From contig OZ251997.1 of NCBI GenBank assembly GCA_965247095.1, forward strand, positions 2,784,001 through 2,848,000: DNA of 64,000 nucleotides, in the 5' to 3' direction. Shown piece after piece: positions 48,246 through 57,097 of the stretch. The stretch's first letter is position 1; each line of letters begins with the position of its first letter. The notes under the pieces are model-generated. The model was not told the origin of the DNA and did no database searches. It was given only the letters and a program-made list of their open reading frames with translations. This DNA comes from Candidatus Multivorans sp. Its GTDB lineage: Bacteria; Acidobacteriota; Thermoanaerobaculia; Multivoradales; Multivoraceae. Both the position numbers and the translations under genes were made by a program.

Positions 48246-49505
48246 CTACTCATGCGGAATGCCGTGCCTGTGCCGGTAGGGCGCGATGCCGTGCTCGATT
48301 GCCTCCGGGGTCAGGCCGAAACTGTCCGCATCGTAGACGTGCCGGCCGTAGCGGTGCTGGACGTTGCGGCCCGCGGTGCGCTCGGCGGCGCTCACCGCGT
48401 CCGGGCCGAAGGCGATGCCGGCCCGTTCGTAGACCTTCGCCAACTGCGCCATCGGTTCGTTGACGAGGTCGTAGTAGGAGATGTCGACGAAGCGGCGCGG
48501 ATCCGCCGCTTCCCGCGCGCGGGCGGTGCGCTCGACCAGGCGGCATGTCTTGGCGAGCCAGTGCGCGCCGATCTCCCCCGGTTCCACGCGGTCGCTGAAC
48601 ATCCCCCTGCCGTGGGCGACCATGCTGCAGAAGGAAGGGATGGTCTTGACCGGATCCCGGTGCGTTTGCACGATCGTCGCCTTGGGGAACACCTCGAGGA
48701 CGGTGTCGAGGTACTCCATGTGGTGCGGCGTCTTGAGCACCGAGTGACGACGCGGACGTTGCCAGTGCAGCACCTGGAGCAGGGTGCGGAACTCCTCGTA
48801 CGTTCTCGTGTGGTCCTGTTCTTCCAGCCAGCGCGCGTAGGTGGGGACATGCATCGTCGCTTCCGCCGACTGGCTCATGAAAGCCACGTCGAGGAGGAGC
48901 ACGTCCTCCTCGGGGGCGTCGTGTTCGGCGGGATGCACGGCAAAGAAGGCAGGGGCCAGGTAGGCGATTGCGCGTACCCCGATGAGCGCCTGCCTGATCC
49001 GGGCGTGGGGGTCTCCCGGCTCCTCGCGCGGCAGGGGCAGCGGATTCAGTCCCTCCCAGGCCGTGACTGCGCGGATCTCCGGGTGGGAGGCGATCAGCCG
49101 GTGCAGCGTGGTCGTGCCGGTCCGCTGGAGGCCGGCGATCACGACGACGCTGCCGAGGTCGATCTCCCGTATCTCCGGGCGCCTGCGGATCAGTTCCTCG
49201 ACCCGCAGGCGCGTGGCCAGAGCGCCTTCGATCCGCCGCTTCTGGATCCACCGGCCCAGGGTTGTGAGGTCGGCCTCCTCGTTGATCGAACGGACGAGCA
49301 CATGCAGCGCTTCTATGAACCACTCGTCGCCGAAGCTGGCGAGCCCCGTCCTCCTCCGAGCCCTGGCGACCATCTTGCCGACGTCGAGCTTCCCGCGCAG
49401 GCCAAGATGGCCGCCCGCCCGCCCGACCGCGTTCAGGAGCGCTATGGGAAGAGGCCGGTACGGCCGCTCGTAATCCGTCGATGTCTCGGCAACCCGCTTC
49501 GGCAT
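48246..49505 (-). CDS. Sulfotransferase-family protein
   Basis: GLQRTGTTTLH 5'-PSB loop; LKTPHH; THRDP. Confidence 0.9.
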   Translation of the reverse strand: MPKRVAETSTDYERPYRPLPIALLNAVGRAGGHLGLRGKLDVGKMVARARRRTGLASFGDEWFIEALHVLVRSINEEADLTTLGRWIQKRRIEGALATRLRVEELIRRRPEIREIDLGSVVVIAGLQRTGTTTLHRLIASHPEIRAVTAWEGLNPLPLPREEPGDPHARIRQALIGVRAIAYLAPAFFAVHPAEHDAPEEDVLLLDVAFMSQSAEATMHVPTYARWLEEQDHTRTYEEFRTLLQVLHWQRPRRHSVLKTPHHMEYLDTVLEVFPKATIVQTHRDPVKTIPSFCSMVAHGRGMFSDRVEPGEIGAHWLAKTCRLVERTARAREAADPRRFVDISYYDLVNEPMAQLAKVYERAGIAFGPDAVSAAERTAGRNVQHRYGRHVYDADSFGLTPEAIEHGIAPYRHRHGIPHE

Positions 49506-49509
49506 CTAC

Positions 49510-50703
49510 TTACCGGCGAAGCGCTTTGAGCTCGCTCAGCTTGACGACCCGGGTCGCGGGTACCGGGTGCTCTTCGGCCCGGATCCACCGGAAGCACATG
49601 GTGCCGGAGGTGTGACCGGCGGTATCGAGCCAGTTGGGGCGCCCGGGGTCTTCGTGCGCGACGACCAGGCGGACGGAACCGTCGCTCTCGTAGTCGGCGA
49701 GATGCTTGTTGGTGTGGATCGTGTGGTAGCGGTAGTCCAGCGACTCCATCCAGTAGTTGTTGAGCTGGAAGTTCCAGGATTCGCATGCCGGCGGCGTGGC
49801 CTCGATCACCAGCGCCTCGTCCTCGGCCAGCCGCCAGTGGCTGTGGAAGTAGGCGATGTTCGGGTCGCCCCCGGCCTGGTTCGACGTCTCCTGGTCGAAC
49901 CGGGGCAGCGTGTTCGAGTGCTTCTGGAAGTCGCGCGCCCACTTCGCGAACAGGAGGGAGGCGCCCGCGACCAGGGTGCTCGCCGACCGCAGCCCTTCGT
50001 CGACCTGACTTGGGGTCAGCGGTGACGGGCGTTTCTCGTCCGGCGGACAGTTGATCCGTTCGATGGAAAGCTCGGCGGGGATTTCCGTGCGCCGGTCGAG
50101 GAACGTCTGGCGCACGATGAGGACGCCGGTCTTGGGCGTCATCGGGAGCCAGTTCCCGTCCTGCGGCTCGCAACTGAGGACCAGCTCGAAGCGGCCTCCC
50201 GCGTCGATCTCGAGTTCCGAGGCCTCGACGTAGCCGGTCGGGGGCATGCCGCCTCCCTGCCCGTAGTGCCCGGCCTGGGTGCCGAACCCGAGGTAGGCGA
50301 CGGTGTTGCGGCGTCCTGCGATCCGGTACTCGAACGCGCCCGAGATGGCGGCGGTCAGGTAGTGGTTGTCCGGGTTGTCGGAACCGAGCTTGACCGTCTC
50401 GTGGGCGACCCGATGGAGAACCGGCGCTCTCGGGTCGGCGTGCTCGAGGAAGGCCATCAGACCGGCGCGGGTCAGACGGCTCAGGTACCGGTAGCCCTCA
50501 GCCTGGTTGAACGCGTCGCGGGGCGTGCCGGGGAAGTTCAGCGATGCGCCCGCGGCCTTCAACGTGTCGCAGAACTCGTCCCAGGCGCGGCCGCTGACCA
50601 CCCGCTGTGCGGCGACATCGTCCTCGGACTTTCCACGGAGCTTCCGCATCGCCAGCGAGACCCGGCGAAAGAGCGCAAGCAGACCGATCGCGAACCTTCT
50701 CAT
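49510..50703 (-). CDS. DUF1214-domain protein
   Basis: AEGYRYLSRL, DNPDNHY, ESLDYRY, HEDPGRPNWLDTAGH. Confidence 0.82.
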   Translation of the reverse strand: MRRFAIGLLALFRRVSLAMRKLRGKSEDDVAAQRVVSGRAWDEFCDTLKAAGASLNFPGTPRDAFNQAEGYRYLSRLTRAGLMAFLEHADPRAPVLHRVAHETVKLGSDNPDNHYLTAAISGAFEYRIAGRRNTVAYLGFGTQAGHYGQGGGMPPTGYVEASELEIDAGGRFELVLSCEPQDGNWLPMTPKTGVLIVRQTFLDRRTEIPAELSIERINCPPDEKRPSPLTPSQVDEGLRSASTLVAGASLLFAKWARDFQKHSNTLPRFDQETSNQAGGDPNIAYFHSHWRLAEDEALVIEATPPACESWNFQLNNYWMESLDYRYHTIHTNKHLADYESDGSVRLVVAHEDPGRPNWLDTAGHTSGTMCFRWIRAEEHPVPATRVVKLSELKALRR

Positions 50704-50723
50704 CGCTCCCTTCCTCCCCGGCG

Positions 50724-51212
50724 TCAGTCGGTCGGGCCGACCGGTGTGCCGTAGGGGACCGGTGGCTCGCGCTCGCGGGTCGCGCCGACGGCGACGATGC
50801 GCCAGCGCCCCCGTGACGAACGGAGATCGAGGCTCTGGGTCTCGTAGCTCGCCTCCCGCACGTACTCGACCTCGAGCCGCACCTTCCCGCCGAGAACCTC
50901 CTCATCGGTCACCGCGACACCCTTCACCTCGGCGAACCGCTGCCGGAGGTACTGCTCGAACGCGGCGTCTCCCATCTCGTCATGCACCGCTTCCAGTTGC
51001 TCGCGGACCTCACCGGCAAAGAGATCGAGATAGACCGCAACCGCGCCTTCGCGGCTCGCCTCGACCATCTGCCAGAAGACCTCCCGAGGTTCGCCCGCGT
51101 CGGCCGCGTCGCCCGAGCGCTCGGGCAGGCGGTCCCGAAGCGCCACGGCCAGGCCAGCCACCAGCACCAGGACGGTCAGCGCCGTCGCCCCCAGATTGCG
51201 CGTCATCTTCAC
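50724..51212 (-). CDS. Small membrane-anchored hypothetical protein (NTF2-like fold suspected)
   Basis: One N-terminal hydrophobic helix; GTGA overlap with the hflK-like gene; ends in an RGRWRIV beta-strand pattern. Confidence 0.7.
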   Translation of the reverse strand: MKMTRNLGATALTVLVLVAGLAVALRDRLPERSGDAADAGEPREVFWQMVEASREGAVAVYLDLFAGEVREQLEAVHDEMGDAAFEQYLRQRFAEVKGVAVTDEEVLGGKVRLEVEYVREASYETQSLDLRSSRGRWRIVAVGATREREPPVPYGTPVGPTD

Positions 51213-52141
51213 TGCGGTCTGTTCGGTCCGGGGGTCAACTCGCGGCGCAGGAAGTCGATGTCGATCGTGCTCTGGCCGGGCTCCAGGATCGTCTTCTTCA
51301 TGCGGGGGAAGACACGTTCCATCGTCTCTAGAACCATGCGGGTGCGGATCTCGTCGCGCGCGCTCTGGTCGGCGCCGGCGACCCTGCGGAAACGGTCGGC
51401 TTCACCGGTGGCCCGGTCGACCTCTGCGGTCCGGAAGCCCTCGGCCTGCGCTACGAGCGTGCGCGCCTCGCCGCGGGCTACCGGGACCACCTCATTGCCG
51501 TAACTCTCGGCCTCGCGGATCAGGCGGTCCCGGTCCTCGCGCGCGCTGGCCACGTCGTTGAAGGCCTCGCGCACGGGGCTCGGCGGGCTCACGCCTTCCA
51601 GACTCACCGAGAGTACGGTCGCGCCGGTCCCGAAGCGGTCGAACAGCTCCTGCGATGCGGCCTGGACGTTCTGCTGCACGGCCACCTTGCCGGTGGTCAG
51701 CAGTTCGTCGACGCTCATGCCGGCGATCACCTCGAGCAGGGCGCTCCGCCCGCTCGCCTGCAGCAAGGCCTCGACATCGGCGAAGCGCAGCGAGTAGGCG
51801 AGCGGGTCGTGGATCGAGTACAGGATCACCAGCCGGACATGGACCACGTTCCGGTCGCCAGTCAACCAGCGCGCTTCGGCGGCGGAGGAGTCGCCGCCCA
51901 GGACCCGGTCCGCGGCGGCGAAGCCCAGGGTCAGGCGCTTGGCTTCCCGCACCTTCAGCTTGTCGACCCGCCCCACCGGCCGCGGCCAGTTCCAGTGCAG
52001 TCCAGGTCCGGCGGGCGCCACCCTGGCCCGGCCGAGTACCCGCACCACCGCCTCCTCGTCCGGCGCGACGAAGTACACGCCCCAGCCCGCCCACATCAGG
52101 GCCAGGACCAGAGCCGCGGTCGGGAGGCCGCGAAGCCTCAC
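51209..52141 (-). CDS. hflK: HflK-like SPFH protein
   Basis: PGLHWNWPRPV, LTGDRNVV, PPSPVREAFNDVASARED, VPVARGEA. Confidence 0.88.
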   Translation of the reverse strand: MRLRGLPTAALVLALMWAGWGVYFVAPDEEAVVRVLGRARVAPAGPGLHWNWPRPVGRVDKLKVREAKRLTLGFAAADRVLGGDSSAAEARWLTGDRNVVHVRLVILYSIHDPLAYSLRFADVEALLQASGRSALLEVIAGMSVDELLTTGKVAVQQNVQAASQELFDRFGTGATVLSVSLEGVSPPSPVREAFNDVASAREDRDRLIREAESYGNEVVPVARGEARTLVAQAEGFRTAEVDRATGEADRFRRVAGADQSARDEIRTRMVLETMERVFPRMKKTILEPGQSTIDIDFLRRELTPGPNRPQ

Positions 52142-53109
52142 TCGGATCCTCCACCCAGCAGTCGGAAGAGCTCGGAGTCCGCCGACAGGATGAGCGTCGT
52201 CTGGTCGTCCAGGATCGACTCGTAGGACTCGAGGGTGCGCAGGAACCGGTAGAGAGCCGGGTCCTGCCGGTAGGCGTCGCCGTAGATGCCGGCCGCCTCG
52301 GCGTCGCCCTTGCCGCGGAGGATCTCGGCGTCGCGGTAGGCGGCCGCCAGGATCACCTCACGGTCGCGGTCGGCCTCGGCGCGGATGACCATCGCCTGCT
52401 CCTCGCCCTGGGCCCGATACTCCTTGGCGATCCGCTCGCGTTCCGCCCGCATCCGGGCATAGACGGACTCCAGGTTCTGCTCCGGGAAGCTCAGGCGGAC
52501 GAGCTGCACCTCCAGGATCTCGACCCCGAGTTGAGGGCCGGACACGGCGCCCGCGGATTCCCGGACCTCGGCGGAGATTTGTTCGATCCGCAGTTGCCGG
52601 GGCTCGGTCGACACGAGCTGTGAGAGTTCCGTGCGGCCGAGCGCGGCCGCCAGACCGGCCCACACCACGTCGTGCAGGCGCATCTCGGCGCCCGAGATGT
52701 CGCCGATCGTCTCAAGGAACCGGGCCGGGTCGGCGATCCGCCAGACGACCGCGGTATCGACGACCAGGTTCTTCTTGTCCTGGGTCAGGAACTCGACCGG
52801 CGCCGGATCGTAGAGGAGCACCCGGTTGTCGAAGCGGAGCCGGCGGTCGATCGGCAACTTGAACTGAAGCCCCGGCGCTTCGATCGTTCGAACCGGCTTG
52901 CCGAAACGGGTGACGATCGCGCTCTCGGTCTCCGGTACGACGAACACGGAGCGGGCCAGCGCGACGACGGCCAGCACGGCCAGACCGCCGCGCCACCAGG
53001 ACGTGGCCCGGCCGGGCGCGTGCTCCTGCCCGTCACCGTTCCTGGGCACCCGGGCATCCTTGCCCGCATCCGGGTGGTCGTCGTGACTTCCGTGGCTTTG
53101 ATCAATCAT
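52138..53109 (-). CDS. hflC: HflC-like SPFH protein with His-rich N-terminus
   Basis: IVTRFGKP, FLTQDKKNLVVD, RMRAERERIAKEYRAQGEE, YRFLRTLESY; ATG 53109 overlaps the ATPase TGA. Confidence 0.9.
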   Translation of the reverse strand: MIDQSHGSHDDHPDAGKDARVPRNGDGQEHAPGRATSWWRGGLAVLAVVALARSVFVVPETESAIVTRFGKPVRTIEAPGLQFKLPIDRRLRFDNRVLLYDPAPVEFLTQDKKNLVVDTAVVWRIADPARFLETIGDISGAEMRLHDVVWAGLAAALGRTELSQLVSTEPRQLRIEQISAEVRESAGAVSGPQLGVEILEVQLVRLSFPEQNLESVYARMRAERERIAKEYRAQGEEQAMVIRAEADRDREVILAAAYRDAEILRGKGDAEAAGIYGDAYRQDPALYRFLRTLESYESILDDQTTLILSADSELFRLLGGGSE

Positions 53110-56100
53110 TGGTCTACCTCGTTCTGGGCAGTGCCCGGTGGAGGAACGTACACATCGAGAAGGCGGTCGCCCGGCTCGTCCACGAAGACGAAGCGCTTGC
53201 GGCCGGCGTCGGCGTCGGTGATCAGCTTCGGTCTGCCGGCGAGTGAGCTCTCCAGCGTCTCCAGTTGGAGGCGGAAGCGGTGGAGGTTGAGATCGCGCCG
53301 GTACCCTCCGGCGCGCAGTTCGAAGCGCCGGCTCTCGCCGCGACCGGCCTCGACTCGCTCGTTCCGATAGCCCTCGGCCTCGAGGAGTTGCCGTTGCGCT
53401 TCGCCGCGGGCAACGGGCAGGCGTTCCAGGGCGTAACCCTCCGCCTGGTCGATCAGGGTCTCCCGCTCCTCGAGCGCGCTCGCCGCGTCGCGGAACGCAT
53501 CGACCACATCGAGCGGCGGATGAGCGTCCTGAACGGTGGCGCTGACCACTTCGACGCCGATGCCGAGGCGGTCGAGCACGGCGGCGAGGTGCTCGCTCCA
53601 GGCGCGCTCGATCCCCTCCCGCTTGCCGGTCAGCACGTCGTCCAGCGAGTGGCTGGCGAGCACGGTGCGCAGGGAGCGCTCGGCGCTCGCTTCGACCAGG
53701 AGCGCCGGATCGGCTGTGGCGAATGCGAATGCGGCGGGGTCGGCGACGCGGTAGTGGACGCGGGCGGCGACCTCGACAAGGTTCTCGTCCCCGGTCAGCA
53801 TAAGTCGTTCGAGCGGCGGCGTCTCGTCGAAACCGGCGTGGCGCACGTTCCACTCGTAGGTCGCTTCGCCGCCGGTTGCTCCGTAGGCCCCGGTTGGCGC
53901 CGGCGACCTGGGTGAACCGACGGCGGCCACCCGCAGGCGATCCGGCTCGACGCGGGTGACCCGATCAACCGGCCACGGCCAGCGCCAGTGCAGACCCGGA
54001 CCGAGCTCGTCGCCGACGTGGCGGCCGAAGCGCTGCACCAGACCGACTTCCTGCGGTGCGATCGTCCGCACTCCGGCCCCCGCCCAGACCGCGAAGAGCA
54101 CGAACGGCGCCGCGCGCAGCAGCCGCGGCGCCAGCGACCGGAGTCGCGCCGGGCTGGCCTCGAGGGCGTGTTCGAGGCGGTGGACGGCCTCACGCCGGCC
54201 GGCGTTCCACGATCTCCAGCCGGCGGCCATCCCCTCCGCCGCTCCGGCGAGAGCGGGGAAGCGGCCGAGACGGCCGCCTGGCCGTTCGGCCACCGCGCGA
54301 CCCTCGTAGAGCAGACGAACGCAGTTCAGGATGACCAGCAGGGAGGCGGCCTGATGGACGATCGCCGCGGCGGCCGGAGGCAGCCAGCCGAAGGCCGCGA
54401 AGCCGACGGCGACGAAGTTGATGCCGAAGGCGAAGACCAGGATGCTGCTGCGGATCCGCGCCACCACCCGGCGCGAGTACCGCAGCAGCGGCGCCAGGTA
54501 GTCGAGCCGGTCAGGCAGCAGCACGACCTGGGCTGCCTCGGCAGAGAGGTCCGCCGCGCCGTGACCGATCGCGACGCCGACCGTGGCGGCCGCGAGCGAC
54601 GGCGCATCGTTGATCCCGTCGCCCACCATGAGAACGTTGCGGTTGCCGCGCGAGAGGTCCCTGAGCCGGCGCACCTTGTCTTCGGGGAGGACCTCCGCGT
54701 GGACCTGGTCGATGCGGGTTCGGCGGCCGATCGCCCTGGCCGTCGCTTCGGCGTCGCCGGTCAGCATGACGATCGGGTCGACGCCGGCTCGCCGCAGGTC
54801 GGCGACCGCGTCGGTCGCCTCGTCGCGCAGCGGATCGGCAAGCGCGATCGCGCCGGCGAAGGCGCCGTCGACCGCTACGGCGAGCCGCGTCTCGCCGCTG
54901 CCCGGGGTCGGCTGGAGGCTCTCCGCGATGGCGTCGAGGTCGTCCTCGTTCACCACGTCGGCCAGGAGCGCCGGGTTGCCGACCGCGATGTCGTGGCCAA
55001 GGGCGGTGGCGGTCACGCCCCGGCCGGGGTGCAGCTTGAAGCTCTCGGGCTCCGACAGCGCGAGTTGCCGCTCGCGGGCCTCGGTCACCAGCGCCCGGCC
55101 GAGCAGGTGTTCCGAGGTCAACTCGGCGCTGGCCGCGAGTTGGAGCAGTCGATCCTCCGCCACGCCCGGGGCGGGCAGGATCGCGGCCAGGGCCGGACGC
55201 CCGCAGGTCAAAGTACCCGTCTTGTCGAGCACGCAGGCATCGATCCGCGACAGCGACTCGATCACGTCCCCGCCCTTGACCAGGGCGCCCTCGCGCGCCA
55301 GCCGGGCGATTGCGGAAGCCATCGCCGCCGGCGTCGCCAGCACCAGCGCGCACGGGCAGGCGACGATCAGGGCCGCCACCGTGCGCATCATCTCGCCGGT
55401 GAAGAAGTAGATGGCGGCGGCGGCCACGAGCACGGCAGGCAGGAAGTACCGGGCGAGCTTGTCCGCGGTGCGTACGACCCGCGCCCGCCGGCTCTGCGCG
55501 TCCTCGATCAGGTTGGCGATGCGGGCGACCGTGGTGTCGCTGCCGGTGCGTTCGGAGCGGATGTCGAGGACGCCGTACTCGTTCAGGCTGCCGCTCCACA
55601 CCGCATCGCCGACGCCGAGTTCGGCGGGCAACGGTTCGCCGGTCACGCTGCTCTGGTCGACCGACGACTCGCCGCGTTCGATCGTGCCGTCGACCGCCAC
55701 CCGCTCGCCGGCGAGCACCCGCACCAGGTCGCCGACTTCGACCTGGTCCAGGCCGACGAATTCCTCGCCGCCGTCGCGCAGCACCCGCACCTGGTCCGGC
55801 TGGCTGGCGACGAAGCCGGCGATCGCCCCCTTGGCGCGGTCGACCGTCCAGTGCTCGATCCCCTCGCCGATCAGCATGATGAACATGACCTCGGCGGCAG
55901 CGAAGTACTCGCCGATCGCGACCGCCGCGCCGGCCGCGATGGCAATCGTCAGGTGCGACGAGAAGTGCCCGCGCAGCAGGTCGAGGATCGCGTGGCGGAT
56001 GAGCGGATAGCCCGCGACCAGGGTCAGGATCAGCGCCAGGTCGATGCCGGCGACGTTGCGCAGCGCGCCGGTCAGGTACAGCAGGAGCAGCACGCCGACC

Positions 56101-56183
56101 GCGCCGCAGAGCGCGATGTAGCCGATCCGCTGCAGCAGGCCGTGGCTATGGCCGTGCCCGTCGTCGTGGAAGTGTGCGCCCAT
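53106..56183 (-). CDS. P1B-type heavy-metal ATPase fused to a C-terminal HflK/SPFH domain
   Basis: His-rich N-terminus, VTGEP, ACPCAL, DKTGT, GDGINDAP; then in frame PGLHWRWPWP, LTGDENLV, PPLDVVDAF, LPVARGEA. Confidence 0.92.
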   Translation of the reverse strand: MGAHFHDDGHGHSHGLLQRIGYIALCGAVGVLLLLYLTGALRNVAGIDLALILTLVAGYPLIRHAILDLLRGHFSSHLTIAIAAGAAVAIGEYFAAAEVMFIMLIGEGIEHWTVDRAKGAIAGFVASQPDQVRVLRDGGEEFVGLDQVEVGDLVRVLAGERVAVDGTIERGESSVDQSSVTGEPLPAELGVGDAVWSGSLNEYGVLDIRSERTGSDTTVARIANLIEDAQSRRARVVRTADKLARYFLPAVLVAAAAIYFFTGEMMRTVAALIVACPCALVLATPAAMASAIARLAREGALVKGGDVIESLSRIDACVLDKTGTLTCGRPALAAILPAPGVAEDRLLQLAASAELTSEHLLGRALVTEARERQLALSEPESFKLHPGRGVTATALGHDIAVGNPALLADVVNEDDLDAIAESLQPTPGSGETRLAVAVDGAFAGAIALADPLRDEATDAVADLRRAGVDPIVMLTGDAEATARAIGRRTRIDQVHAEVLPEDKVRRLRDLSRGNRNVLMVGDGINDAPSLAAATVGVAIGHGAADLSAEAAQVVLLPDRLDYLAPLLRYSRRVVARIRSSILVFAFGINFVAVGFAAFGWLPPAAAAIVHQAASLLVILNCVRLLYEGRAVAERPGGRLGRFPALAGAAEGMAAGWRSWNAGRREAVHRLEHALEASPARLRSLAPRLLRAAPFVLFAVWAGAGVRTIAPQEVGLVQRFGRHVGDELGPGLHWRWPWPVDRVTRVEPDRLRVAAVGSPRSPAPTGAYGATGGEATYEWNVRHAGFDETPPLERLMLTGDENLVEVAARVHYRVADPAAFAFATADPALLVEASAERSLRTVLASHSLDDVLTGKREGIERAWSEHLAAVLDRLGIGVEVVSATVQDAHPPLDVVDAFRDAASALEERETLIDQAEGYALERLPVARGEAQRQLLEAEGYRNERVEAGRGESRRFELRAGGYRRDLNLHRFRLQLETLESSLAGRPKLITDADAGRKRFVFVDEPGDRLLDVYVPPPGTAQNEVDQ

Positions 56184-56199
56184 CAGGAGGGTGCGCCGC

Positions 56200-56955
56200 T
56201 CACACCGCGAACAGCAACATGGCCAGCCCCGAACTCGCGATCGCGAGGCCGCTCAGCGTGTGCGCGTAGGCCCGCAGGCCGGGGAATCGCACGAAGTCGA
56301 GGCCCCGGTAGGCGAGGGCCACGACCGCCGCCATCGTCGCGATCGTCGTCACCCCGAAAGCCACGGTCACCGGCACCACCGCCCACAGGCCGACCTGGAA
56401 GGCGGGCACCATCAGGATGGGGATCAGCGGCTCGCAGGGCCCGAGCACGAAGATGACGAACAGGCTCCAGGCGGTGACGCCGGCGACCCCGGCGGCTTTG
56501 CCGGACGGGTGCTCGTGGCCGCCGGCCGTGGGATGGTCATGCGAGTGGACGAGCCCGCCGGCGTGCTCATGAACGTGCCGCTGCGACCTGCGTCGACGCG
56601 CCAGCGACCAGGCGGCGTAGGTCAGCCCGAAGACGACGAGCGCCCAGGCCGCCAGGTCCCCGCGCACCGCTTCGATCGACTCGAAACTGCCGACGCGGCC
56701 CTGCATCCAGTGGTAACCCTCGCGGGTGTCGAGACCGGTAGCGAAGATCGCCAGCCCGATGCCGGCGCCGCCGAGCAGGATCGACGACGCGACGTGGCCG
56801 CCGCCGCACAGCCCGGTGATCCACAGTGTCCGGCGCAGCGACCATCCGCGCGCCTTGCCCAGGACCACGAACGGCAGCGTGTGATCGATGCCGATCACCG
56901 TGTGAACGAAGCCGATGCCGACCGCGGCCGAGACCAGGACCCAGACTGTGTCCAT
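56200..56955 (-). CDS. His-rich NiCoT/UreH/RcnA-like metal permease
   Basis: HTVIGIDH (HxxxxxDH), GGGH, HVHEH..HSHDH loop, GPCEP, about 6 TM segments. Confidence 0.78.
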   Translation of the reverse strand: MDTVWVLVSAAVGIGFVHTVIGIDHTLPFVVLGKARGWSLRRTLWITGLCGGGHVASSILLGGAGIGLAIFATGLDTREGYHWMQGRVGSFESIEAVRGDLAAWALVVFGLTYAAWSLARRRRSQRHVHEHAGGLVHSHDHPTAGGHEHPSGKAAGVAGVTAWSLFVIFVLGPCEPLIPILMVPAFQVGLWAVVPVTVAFGVTTIATMAAVVALAYRGLDFVRFPGLRAYAHTLSGLAIASSGLAMLLFAV

Positions 56956-56993
56956 GAAGCGCCGAGGGTACCAGCGCGGTGACCCTGGGAACC

Positions 56994-57096
56994 CGGGTGG
57001 CGCGATGCGCGCCACCCGCGACCCACTCGTGCGCCCGTCATGGGGCGCACGGAGTGGCACGCGGGCATCTTGCCCGCATCCGGCGCGAAGCGCCGG
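56994..57096. repeat. Four consecutive GC-rich hairpins (REP-like cluster or structured leader)
   Basis: CGGGTGGCGCG/CGCGCCACCCG; CCACTC-GTGCGCCC/GGGCGCAC-G-GAGTGG; GCGGGCA/TGCCCGC; CCGGCGC/GCGCCGG. Confidence 0.75.
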
Positions 57097-57097
57097 C

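Noticed and set aside
53110-53853. Long N-terminal extension of the HflC ORF
   Set aside because: Overlaps the ATPase-HflK gene in another frame and is Arg/Pro-rich noise; ATG 53109 gives a clean ATGA coupling.
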